A stretch of DNA of 64,000 nucleotides from Phallusia mammillata (lineage: Eukaryota), in the NCBI GenBank assembly GCA_965637545.1, contig OZ281501.1, positions 11,532,001-11,596,000 of the forward strand. Reading direction: 5' to 3'. The translations under genes were made by a program, and so were the position numbers. The notes beneath the pieces were generated by a model. It worked only from the letters and a program-made list of their open reading frames with translations. It made no database searches and was not told the origin of the DNA. Of the stretch, positions 10,791 to 22,900 are shown one piece after another. Each line of letters opens with the position of its first letter. Within the stretch, counting starts at the first letter, position 1.

Positions 10791-13700
10791 ATGGCAGCAG
10801 ACGATCCCGAATTCGATTTAGACGACGTGAACCAACGCACGGAAGAATGGGTCGAAGCGAGTGTTCACTCCTTCCGCGATGGCGAACCCTCTACATCGAA
10901 TCCGCTGGAGAATGTAGCGCAACGCCCACCCTCAGTGGATGGTTCGGTGATAAGTAGCGTGCGCACATTATCTAGTTCGGCTATCTTAGAAATGAAGCGG
11001 AGATCTAAATTAAAATTGCAAAGTTTACGTATGCGAATACAGCAGAATTATGAGTTACAGTCTATCCAAAGGGAGAGGGAACGTGTTGAACGTGAAGAAG
11101 AAAGTCGGCACCGCGAAGAAGAGCGTCAGCGCCGCGAAGAAGAAGAACTTTGTTCGCGCGAAGAAAAGGATAGACGACGAAAATTGGATGAGATGGAAAA
11201 GGCAATCCGTTTCAAACACGCACTCCACATGGCGGAGCTGGAAGTAAACTCCTACGAGGAAGACCCCGTTGAAGTACCCCTATCTGTTCCATTGGAAGGA
11301 TTAGGTACGGCAGTTACACAGACCTTGATTACAAAGTCCAACGAACCAAGTAAGTCTGTTCCGTCACCTATTAAACCCAGAAAACTAGTTTTGAAGCCCG
11401 AAGCCACTCCGTTCGAGCCTAAATGCCGTTGTAATTGTGCAAACACCAGTAGTGTCGTTGGCGAAGTCCGCGAATTGTCTGTGTCTGATCTGCCAGTATG
11501 TGCTTTGCCGGAGCCCCAACCGTCGACTAGTAATCAGCGACCTGTTAAGAAAGATTCTAGACTGCCACCCCCACAGATATCAAAGTTTGCCGGTGATCCT
11601 ATGGAGTACCATGCCTTTATTCGTAGCTTTAAATGCCATATTGCTGAACATGTTTCTGACGACGACGTGCGCCTCAGTTACTTGCAGCAATTTTGTGTCG
11701 GTGATGCTAACGATTTGATTAAGCATTGTTCCATGCTCAGTGGAGAAGGAGGATACGCCGAGGCCCTAAAACTGCTAAAGGAAAATTATGGCAAGGATCA
11801 CATCATTGCGCGCACCTGCTTAAACCAACTACAGTACGGACCTTAACTTCGCTCGGAAGACGTCCATAGCATGCAGAAATTCGCGAGGTTGATGAAGACA
11901 TGTCAAGTGGTACTATCCCAAATCGAAGGCAACGCAGGTTTGGACACATTTCAAAATTTGTTGGCGATTGTGCGTCGTTTGTCCAGTGACATGCAAGAGC
12001 AATGGGACAAAGAGGTCGCCCGTATAATTAAAACATACGATCGAGAACCTAATTTCGACGACCTCACCGAATTTGTCGATAATCAAGCTGCCGTGGCAAG
12101 TTCGTCGTTTAGACGGGCCCATCACCCCGTACGGGAGACGCCTAGTGGTCAAAGAAAAAATAGGGCTGCGACGTACGTCGTGTCGTCTGAGCTGCCGGGA
12201 ACTGAAGCCCCGCAGGCTCGCTGTTTGTTTTGTACAGGGCTCCATGATTTGACCACTTGCAATTCGTTTGAAAAGAAGCCTGTCTACCAACGATACGAAT
12301 TTGCACGAAGGCAAAGACTGTGCTTTAAGTGTTTGCAGAAAGGACATAATGCAAGAGATTGCAAGGAGGAGGATCCGTGCAAGATCTCCGGTTGTGATTC
12401 CAACTCTCATCATACGCTGCTACATCGGGAGGTTTCTAGAGCAGAAGCCAACCGCAGTTCTGCTCCTGAAGAAAAGGTAACCAGTGAAGTTAATTCATTT
12501 CACTTGGCGTCAGATTCCAAGCCCTCTGCAATATGTGGCAATACCAGTATATGTGGTGATATGTACATGAATATCGTACCAGTTCGGGCGCGAAATGGCA
12601 ACATAGAATTTCTCACTTATGCATTTTTGGACTCTGGTGCCACTAAATCTATGTGTAGTCAACGGCTAGTGGATGCCCTACACTTGCAAGGGGAGTCTCG
12701 TACTGTATCGCTTCGAACTGTAGGCCACGAGCAAACTATGCCAACAAAAATAGTTTCCCTGTCTGTTGCTCCTGCCTTCGATGATGGACCTAGTATTAAT
12801 CTTAACAGTGTAATGGCCATCGATAAGCTTCCGGTAAAAACTAACAAGTTACCATCAAAGACTAAACTGAAAAGGATGTCATACTTGCGCGGTTTAGAGT
12901 TTCCACAGATCGAAGGTGGAGAAGTGACACTTATGATTGGCGTCGATGCTCCTGAACTGATGGTTTTCCAGGAGACGCGCTGCGGCAGCCGCGAACAACC
13001 CATTGCAGTAAAAACGGCTCTTGGGTGGTCTTTGTTGGGGCCATCGTTTGTGCCCACCAGCGGAACACGCATTGATTTAAACTACGTAAGTAGTTTTGAC
13101 GACAACGTGAGCAAAGAGATCGACTGTCTGTGGAGAACCGATTTTTCTGATTTAACCATAATTGATGACAAGAGAATTTCGCGTGAAGACCGATCGGCGC
13201 TCGAAATTATGAAACGGGACGTGTTGCATGTAGACGGCCATTATCAGTTGCCCTTGCTGTGGAAAGGAAATCAAACTCAACTTCCGCCAAACCGCGTGTT
13301 GGCAGAAAGAAGACTCCGTTCTCTCGAACGAAGACTAAAGAAGGACGAGAAACTTCGTGAGCGATACGTTGGCACTGTGGAAACCTATATCCAAAAGGGA
13401 TACGCGAAAAGGATCTCTTCGCACGATCGCGGCCAAAGTAAACGAGAGTGGTATCTTCCACATCACCCTGTTTTGCACCCGCGCAAGCCTGACAAGGTGC
13501 GCGTCGTGTTCGATTGTGCCGCAAAGCACGCAGGCGTTGCATTAAACGATGCCCTAATGAGTGGCCCAGATCTGATGAACAACTTAGTAGGCGTCCTGAC
13601 AAGGTTCAGAAAGGAACCCGTGGCGGTTGTGTCAGACATTGAATCCATGTTTCATCAAATCCGGGTAAGGCCAGAAGACACTGCGAGCCTTCGTTTCTTG

Positions 13701-16487
13701 TGGTGGCCCAAGGGCGATCTGTCCAAGCCAGCGGAAGACCACGAGATGACTGTACATCTTTTTGGCGCAACATCCTCTCCGAGCTGCGCCGCTTTCAGCT
13801 TGCTCCAAACTGCGGAAGAGTTTGGCCACGAGTTCAGTGCTGCAGCTACTACAGCGCTAAAATCAAATTTCTACGTGGACGATTGCCTTGCAAGCGTGGC
13901 GACCGAGGACGAAGCAATTATGTTGGTGAAAGACTTAGGTCAGCTCCTGCAAAGAGGTGGCTTCCACCTAACCAAGTGGATGAGCAACAGTAATAGAGTT
14001 TTACAATCAATTCCTTCTGACGAACGGTCCAAGATGGCGAAGAATCATGATCTTAATTCGGACGTAGCTGGAAGAATTTTGGGCGTGTTTTGGAACGTCC
14101 CAAATGACGAATTTGGATTTGATGTGCAGATGCCGAATAAGTCGCTGACGCGCCGTGGAATTTTGTCTGCCGTCAGTGCGCTGTACGACCCCTTAGGTCT
14201 TGTTGCTCCTGTTACAGTAAGTGCCAAAATACTTTTGCAGGACCTTTGTCGTCAAGGGTTAGGATGGGACGAAGATATTTCAAATGAAGATGCTAATCGT
14301 TGGAGAAGCTGGATGGAGGGACTTCCTATGTTAAGCCAAGTACGGGTTCAACGCTGCATTAAACCTCCTTCCTTTGGAAAGATAGTTAAGATGGAAATGC
14401 ACCATTTTGCTGACGCATCGTCTTCGGCCTACGGGGCAGTTTCTTATCTGCGCCTTGTTAACCACAATACGCAGGTGCACTGTTGTTTTTTGCTTGGCAA
14501 GTCACGACTTGCACCGATACATACGGTATCCATACCACGCTTGGAGTTGACGGCAGCGGTGCTAGCGGTTAAAATGGATGGCTTTCTGCGACGAGAGTTG
14601 GGCTGTCCCGACTGCGAATCGACGTTCTGGACAGATTCCATGTCGGTGTTGATGAGCATTAGGAATTCTACAAAACGTTTCGAAACCTTTGTAGCAAACC
14701 GACTGGCAAAGATTGACAGTGGAAGCAGAAGTGAGCAGTGGCGACATGTTCCATCCAAATTAAACCCTGCCGACGACGCCTCACGTGGCTTGTCTGTGAA
14801 GAAAATGGTGAATAACAACGTTTGGCTAACCGGTCCACGGTTTCTTTGGGGTGACGAATCTACTTGGCCTAAAGAAGAAGAAGTTTCAAATAGAGATGAT
14901 ATTTTAATGGAAGCAAAGAAGGTCAGTGCAAATTTTACGTGTGGAACCGCTTGCGAGACGGATTCTATCTCAAAACTGATCAATCATTACTCCGATTGGA
15001 ATCGCCTACGACGTGCAACCGCTTGGTTGTTACGGTATAAGCGCGTTTTATTGTCGAAACGGTGTGCAGATACAAATACGACCATTCCGAAGGGAACCCT
15101 TCAGGTTCAAGAGCTTCAAGAAGCTGAATTGGCACTGTTTCGAATTGTGCAACAACAAGCCTTTCCAGAGGTGCTTGAAAATCTGCGAAAAGGCAATGGT
15201 CAGTGGAAGAAAACGAAGAACTCTCGAACGTTTGACAAGCTTGGCCCCACCCTACGCAACGGTCTCCTACGCGTTGGAGGGAGACTTGAATTGGCCTCTA
15301 TTTCGGATGATGCGAAGCATCCTATTATACTTCCAGGCAGACATCACCTCACCGACTTACTGATTGTCAAGTTTCATAAGGACGTAGGTCACTCAGGAAT
15401 GAGTCACACCTGGTCTGAAATCCGTCAAAAATTTTGGATTATAAAGGGCGGAGCCGCTGTACGCCGTGTGTTGGGCAATTGTGTGTTTTGCAGGAAACGA
15501 AATGCGCCCGTTGGCGAGCAACTTATGGCCAGATTGCCGATTGATCGTGTGAACTCCCATAGCCCCGCGTTCACGTACGTTGGCGTTGATTATTTTGGAC
15601 CGCTAATGGTGCGCCAAGCAAGAAGCCAAGTGAAGGTGTACGGCTGTCTATTTACCTGCATGACGGTCAGGGCAGTGCATCTGGAGGTAGCTGACAGTTT
15701 GTCAACGAGTGCTTTTATCAACTGCCTGCGAAGATTCATCGGACGACGTGGCAGACCAACTAAGATTTGCAGCGACAATGGAACAAATTTTGTCGGAGCC
15801 GTGCGTGAGCTAAAAGAGGCTATCGGAAGATGGAATCAACAGAGCATTGATGACTTCTTGAGACAACAGGACATCCAATGGTCTTTTAATCCTCCTGCGG
15901 CAAGCCATATGGGTGGCGTCTGGGAAAGAATGATCAGGTCTGTAAGAAGAGTTCTTTCTGCGTTGCTGACGGCACAAAGCGTGACCCGCGACACCCTTGA
16001 AACGGTGCTTGTTGAAGCGGAGTCCATTCTCAACAGTAGACCCATTGTTCCAGTGGTGATGGATCCACAATCGGACGAGCCGCTGACTCCCAATCATTTA
16101 ATTTTGTTGCGTCCGTCGCCCAACATGCCACCTGGCGTGTTCGTGAAGAAGGACTGTTACGTTCGCCACCATTGGCGACAAGTGCAATACCTGGCTGACC
16201 AATTTTGGCGTCGCTGGGTGCGAGAATACTTACCCACTGTCATTGAACGACAGAAGTGGTTTTCGAAGCAGAGGAACGTCGAGGCAGGCGACCTAGTGTT
16301 GGTTGTGGACGAATCCATTCCGCGAGCACGTTGGAGAATCGGCCGAGTGATTTCGACCTTTCCGGATGCGCATGGTGTCGTGCGCTCTGCACTGGTAGGA
16401 ACCGGTGCCACCTCCGTCAGACGACCCATCACCAAACTGTGTTTAGTGATGGACTCCCGCGGTGATTGCGCGACCGGCAAATTGTAA
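10791..16487 (+). CDS. BEL/Pao gag-pol polyprotein interrupted by one in-frame TAA (11844-11846)
   Basis: Gag (DUF1759-like), three Cys/His knuckles, protease FLDSGA, RT SDIESMF / FYVDD, RNase H HHFADAS, integrase H-H-C-C / GVDYFG / SDNGTNF / GGVWE. The two ORFs are in the same frame, 24 nt apart. Confidence 0.92.
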
Positions 16488-16580
16488 ACTGTTTGCGATG
16501 TTCATTTTCGTTCGTTTTGTTCGGTATATATTCAACGACGTTTTGTGTTTTAGAATGTATGCTCCCCTGGAGATACATTC

Positions 16581-16590
16581 GGGTGGGGGT
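16581..16590 (+). promoter_or_regulatory. Polypurine tract (plus-strand primer)
   Basis: gggtgggggt immediately upstream of the 3' LTR start at 16592. Confidence 0.75.
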
Positions 16591-16591
16591 A

Positions 16592-17218
16592 TGTTACGTC
16601 GTTTTCGCCAACTGTTGTGAACATAACTTTGCCCAGCAAAACGTATAACAATTGTCCTGTGACGCAACAGTTAGTGTTCCATTGCGTGACAATTAATGTT
16701 CTAATGCGTGACGTCAATTGCCTGTGTACTGTGTATGTTGCAATCATTTGTAACTTGCCTCGTGGTGTACGTTTGTAAACTGCTGACAGGCATAATTTGA
16801 ATTGAAGCCATCAATCTAAACTTTGATACCTTTATTTAGCAGCTAGAAAGTATAAATAAATTGCTGAGTTGATAAAGCTGCATTTGTGAATCATTTTGCT
16901 GGTAAGTTTGGCTTTGTACTGTAATGTGAAGTTTTGTTCTAAAACTGTAAATGTTTGGTTATTTGTGCAGGATTTGTTCGGCCTTTAAAACATCATTAAA
17001 TACCAAAACCCCTGTGGCCAAACAGTCGGTATGTTTACTTGTTGTGTTTCGAGTGCGATTTGTGCTTTATACGTTTTCGTTTTCATTCGCAGAAAAACCG
17101 GAATTGACCATACCATTAAAACGAATTGTCGTTCCTTTATGGTGTCCGCGTTTTTTATTGAGCCACATTGTGTGACGTTTTCGTGAAAACAGGGGAACAC
17201 GCGACAGAAAACGTTACA
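16592..17218 (+). repeat. 3' LTR
   Basis: 627-bp direct repeat of 10105-10731, followed by the TSD ctgtc. Confidence 0.95.
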
Positions 17219-19927
17219 CTGTCTTAAAATTCTTTAATTCAGTTATTTATTATAAAGGTTAATCGTGACTTTTCAAAGTGTTAGATACACTTTTTAATTC
17301 AATGATAACTGCAAAAACTGAAGCCCACTAACAGTCATCTTAAAAAGTCACGACTAACCTCCAAACAAATAAATTGATAGATGGAATTGATAGAAATAGT
17401 TATTTAACTATAAGTACACGAGTTTTGCTTTGGCACACAATAAACCCGGAACAGACGACTACATGCTGGATTGCCGGTTCACTCGCTACGTGATTGGTGG
17501 AGCTGCGCGAGCCGCAGCACCCTGTCGCTTATTTCGCCCGGCATGTAGCTTTTCCAAGTGCGCATGCGCACAACTGCAAAACGTTATGAAACGTCACGAA
17601 ACGTCACGAAACGTCATGAAACTGCAGCTCCAGCATAGATAACAATTTTTTTTTTTTGAAAAAAAGGTGATCAAGGGGCAAATTATGCTTATTATATACT
17701 GCTAACGAATAAAAACTATAAAAATAATAAAAGTTATGTGTAATATTATATTAGGAGTATTAAGTAAAAATATTAGGGGGGTGCTGCAGCTCCGCAGCAC
17801 CCTAGCACGAGCCGCCCCTGATTACAACTCTGAAACAGGAGTGCCGAAAAATCTGACATTACAAGCAGCTACTTTTGAAACTATGCTACTTTGCGTAAGC
17901 CACAAGCGTGATAAATAACAAGCAAAACGTTTGAAGTTTGACGCCAGATGGTAGGAGAGAGTACAATAGCTTTCTGACACAGGTTGAGCAAACACAACAT
18001 TGAATAGCGTAGGCTTATGGTCGGTTAAGCACACGACACAATGGACCAAGTCAAGCGTGTTGAGAGCCGTAATATTTGCTTTTCAGTCCGAATGATCGTA
18101 TAACTAGCTGTTTTGTCTTTTTACAGATTAGTATTGAGGACTCAAATTAGTTACAACCGGAATTAGGTACAAGTTTTAGGCCTGGTATATAGAATGCACC
18201 TAGATTTTGAATGGATTTGTGACAAACAAGAGGAATAAAAGCTCGTAAATTCTAGTGCAAACATGTCAGATTTGGTTTGGAATTTGCCTTTGTTCCTGCT
18301 TGCTGTGACAGGATAAGGACAAGCCAGCTTGAATGTTGTAAAAGTTACATTTGCGTATGAATCGGTTTACTGACTGTTCTGAGCCGTGCTGTGTTTTCCA
18401 CGGCACTGTGGGGGTAAATATAGATCAGTGCAAGTACCGAGCTGCTGTTCAAGTCGCAGATGCATGCGCAATCGACCAGTCGGCTTCCAAAAGCGAAACG
18501 TGATGTCAGCGGCACTGCATAGAAAAAGGGCGCGAACGTGTTTAGTTTTTACCGGCGCCTCTATGATGTCACACTATTAATAAGGATTCACATTGATAAG
18601 TCCTATTTGACTTTGATAGTCGTCGACAGACAAGAAAACATTGGAAAGTTTTATTCCCTAGTGTTGGCATAAACTTTATTACGCATGCGTAGTATGACGC
18701 TTGGGTAGAATATAGCTGCATTGGATTTTAGTGGAAGATTTGCGAAAAGCTTGTTTGTTTTGGGTAAGTGCCACGCGCTTGTCTTGGGCGCCTCGTTTGC
18801 CGGAGGATACTTTAAAGCGTATTGGCATTTGAAATAGGCAGAGATGCGCAACAACGAAGAAAAGGCGTCGGGTTTAACTTCATGTGTTTATCAGATTTTA
18901 TAGAAGGTCGAGGTAGTGATGTGCTCCTCTACATGCCCGAGGTCATTTTTGTGCACAGCTATGTTTGCTATTAATGAACCCAGTTGAGCAAATACTGTAA
19001 CCGGATTTGTAGTTTAGTCAGCTAATTTGTGTCCCCAGTTCAACTGGGGCAATGGCTCCTAAATGTGAGAATTTCCACAGTTGTAAGTTCTTGAAATAAT
19101 CAGGACAGTATGCTGGTACGTGCGAAAATAATTTGGGACAAAGCTGTTAGCCCTAAGGTTTGGCAAAGCAACTGTGTAAGTTCCGTGTATTGTTGCTGAC
19201 TCTTTTTCTTTTACTTTTTACGCCAGTGTGTACTTTCTATACAACCAAAATGGTTAAACATAGTTTCGTTTCCATCAGATAGCATCAAGATGGGCAGCGT
19301 AGACAGCTTCAGCGATTTGACAAGGCGATAGTAGACTTGAAACGAGTGTTTTTATTTCCCTTTTTTCCGAGTTTCAAGTAGGCCCAAGTTTCTGGGAGAC
19401 GGTTGAGTAGTGTTGTGTTGACAACTAATCTATGGTCTTATTTTTGCTAACCATAGTTTTTCGCGTGTTGTTACACGGTATGCACTTACTTAGGTAGATG
19501 TCTAAATAAATGTAGTTCTTCTGCAGATTTGTTTAGTACTTCCACCAGACATAAGTACAGCAAAAGTACATTGGCAATCCTGGGGCATTGTGTTGGTGGA
19601 ACGTTGGAATTGGGCAATACCTTTGGCTCAGCGGTCCAGAAAGAAAGGATTTAATATAATTTTAGCCCTCGAAGCATGAACATTGATTCTCCATTCCAAA
19701 AAGTAAGTAGATGAAGGCAACGTGTACGGGCCTATTGAATATGTTTACAAAACGTGCTTGTTGGCTGTGCTGCGTAAGGTTGGTCACAAAACAAACATCA
19801 AATGCGAGCATTACAAACATCTCCATTGATCACTATTTTTTAAAAGTCTTACTTGTTATATAAGGTACTTAACTATGTTTGCACACAAAAATTGTATTTT
19901 TTGCCAGGAGTAAAAACATCGAAGAAA

Positions 19928-22900
19928 ATGGCCCCAGTTTATATCTTACGTGCTGTGATTGTAACATTAATGGTCCTGACAACACATGTCCTGGCACAAA
20001 GTGCAACTACTAGCAGCAAAGGTAAGTCAATTTGTGCACAGTGATACCTGCGACAGCACGAGACGGTGTCATCTTTTCCAATTATATCGTGATAACATTA
20101 CTCAAGATCAACGGTTTTCGAAATTTAAGAAAGTCGCCTCATTTGTCGCCTAAGGCCATTGAAAGTCAACACGCTTTATTCTGCATTGTAAAATTTTCAG
20201 GTTCCCAATGTGTGTAGACATTAAAAAGACTATACTTTAAATTCCCTATAGCAATGAGCAACATTTGCAAAATTTGACAAAAGAAAAAACGTCACGTCAT
20301 CACCAAAGTCATGGACTTGTTGTCTGTAATCCATGATGCCTAACTTAGGTCTGCACACAAGTTGTTATAATTCTTCACAACAATCATTTATACCATCATA
20401 TCGTAGCAAGCAGCGATGCTACGAAGCAACCGCCTCTTTAGATTAGCTAATAGAAAGCAGCTGGTTTCGTATGCCGCCCAAGCTTCGGTATTGTTCTAAC
20501 CTTTTAGATCAATCATTAACCACTGTCCATGTGGATTATATTGTCTGTTTCCGCTTACTTGTGCCGTGATAGATTTTCTCCCACTTTGGCCGTGTCTCAA
20601 CTCCTGTGCAAATGCGTAGTGAATCCCTGCATGTACATACGACTACTTGTTGTGTCAAAAGAAGTTTAAGAGAAAAGTGTTTTTTTTTATTTCTGCTAAT
20701 TCGGACGTTGAGCGTTGCTCTCTCGTCAACGCCTTCAACGCAAACTTGACATTTTGCCCCCATCCCTATGTGATAAAACCAGGTCGGTCTTTCCGACTTT
20801 GCGGTATTTTCTAAGATCAAGGCGAGTTAAAAGTTACTATGTATTAACATTGTTCTGAAAGTACTTCTCATTAACCGAACTTTGCGACAAACACATCGAA
20901 TATGACGCATTTGACATTCGCGGCGGGACAAAAGCTATAACGATAAACGATTTTTGGGAATGAATCATGCTTACGATGCCAATATGCTTTGTAACAAAGG
21001 TCAACTCGGTGTTTACGACGTAATAAACCCTACCCCGCCTTTGTAATGTACAAGGTCATATATTAACTTATGTTTTTGCTTGTGCAACAGTAACATCTAC
21101 TTGTGCTGCTGCCACCGGTTGGTCGTATTCATCATCAGCATCGGCCTCAGCGTCCGCATCGGGTAGTGCTTCCTCGAGCTCATCGTTTTCCGTCAGTGGG
21201 ATCTGTGCTCAAGCGAAACTACCAAGCGACTGCATAGTTGCGCACCCGCATTGTCAGTGGTGTGCACAACCGGTAAGTGTTTGGCCCCAACATCCCATCC
21301 CTCTTGCCTAATCAAGCGTGTATCACGTGACTATTACGGGGTTGCCTTACGACCAGCACTATGCTCTGTGGCTACGCCCATGTTGCCGAGTTACTTCGTG
21401 AAAGCACTTGGCAGAAGCCTGGTTTGCAGTAGGTAATGCGCCTATAGATGTCTCGTGTTTGTGGGTAACGCATGGGCAGGTTTTGCACCAAGTATTGCAA
21501 GGCGGTTTTGCCTCAATACGCCCCAGGCATTTTAACGGCTACCTAACCGCTGTCGACAAGAAGCAACAACACTTCGATGATTTTGACAGAGCCTTGTTTT
21601 TCACTTTATCGTATTCATGTTACCGATTTAAAGAATAAATAGTTTAAACATTATCAGATGCAATTTTTTTTATTGCTCAAAATTTTTACTGTCGCAAGTA
21701 GAAAATAACTGCAAGTTGTTGACATATTAAATTGGTAGCAACCTAAAGTATTGGTATTATCATACATAATAATGATAAAAGTATGTATAGTTTTTTTTAC
21801 CTTAAACAACCTCTTGAATGTGTATTGGTGTTATTCCGGAATTAAACGATCTGTATCCATATAATTACAGCGTGTACGACTGGCGCATAGCTTTCGTACG
21901 TGTTTTGTGGATTGCTCAGCGGTTTGTAACAAGTACTTGCTGCATTTCAAGCCACCGTCGCATATTTTCAACGCATTGTCATGGAAACGAACAGCTTTTG
22001 CTTTGATTATAGGTTTTAGTGGTTTTGTTTACAAACGCGCGTTTACGGCAGCACTGTCCATGTATAATGCTTGAGGCATGTTACACCGACCGTCCTCTTA
22101 TGACAAATGGAATTCTTCAGTTCAAGTAAAGCGCTTTAGGCTTACATCGTTGATTCGTCAATATGCAAAGACCTTCAAGCACATTTTTATGTCTTAAGTT
22201 TGTGTACACTATATTCTAATGCATTAAAGAGAAATAAATCAAACTTTGTCACAAAAAGGGTCGTTTAAAAGAAGTTTTGTTTTTATTTCAGGACTTCAGC
22301 GGCCAACGTTGCAATCTGCACCGAATCCTGAAGAAGCACGAGTGCAATGACATTCAATACATAGAATCACAATACACACTTAACGCTGCCAACGAACTGA
22401 AACGATTTAACCATGAATTTGGGATGGTAAATTCAAAACACCAATAAAACGTTTATGGCATTATGGTCTTTAAATACGAAAAACAGAATCCTGAATGGTT
22501 ATCTGTCAAGAGATATGCCATATGATGCCAATACATCAATGAATTGAACGACTTTTATAACGCAGCCTTCTGAAATAAAATTATGTTTGGCATACGTAAT
22601 GTAAACTGTACGTTTATTTTTTTCACCCAGGCCCGCATTCGAATTGGCGACTCCCTTTTCATTCCCTTCCGAATCAAAGAACCTGAAGTGTACCCGGTTG
22701 ATTTTTACTATCTTATGGATGTGTCGTACAGTATGAAGGATGATTTGGAGGCGGTCGTCACCCTCGCACAGCTGTTAGGTTTGTCACGCGCTTCAACTGT
22801 CTGTTCTTTCCCCCTGTCTGTCTCACTCTCTTGAGTAGACGAAGCAATTTCATGCATTGCCATTGCGCCTATCACTTGGTGACTGTCATACTACGGAGTG

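Larger units (their letters stand above)
10105..17218 (+). mobile_element. Full-length BEL/Pao LTR retrotransposon, recently inserted
   Basis: Two 627-bp LTRs (TGTTACGT...ACGTTACA), 5-bp TSD ctgtc, Gag-PR-RT-RH-IN order typical of BEL/Pao, and a polypurine tract before the 3' LTR. Confidence 0.97.
8854..17820. mobile_element. Non-autonomous hAT element (~1.85 kb of its own sequence) hosting the BEL/Pao insertion
   Basis: TIRs CAGTGGCGGCTCGTGC / GCACGAGCCGCCCCTG; perfect 8-bp TSD attacaac at 8846-8853 and 17821-17828. Confidence 0.9.

Noticed and set aside
11913-16480. Numerous antisense or overlapping ORFs in the retrotransposon; possible env
   Set aside because: Expected by chance opposite a long ORF of balanced GC content; only about 100 bp separates pol from the 3' LTR, leaving no room for env.
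17580-17622. 10-bp tandem repeat (aaacgtcacg-like, about 4 copies)
   Set aside because: Short subterminal repeat of the hAT element; no spacers, so not CRISPR-like.
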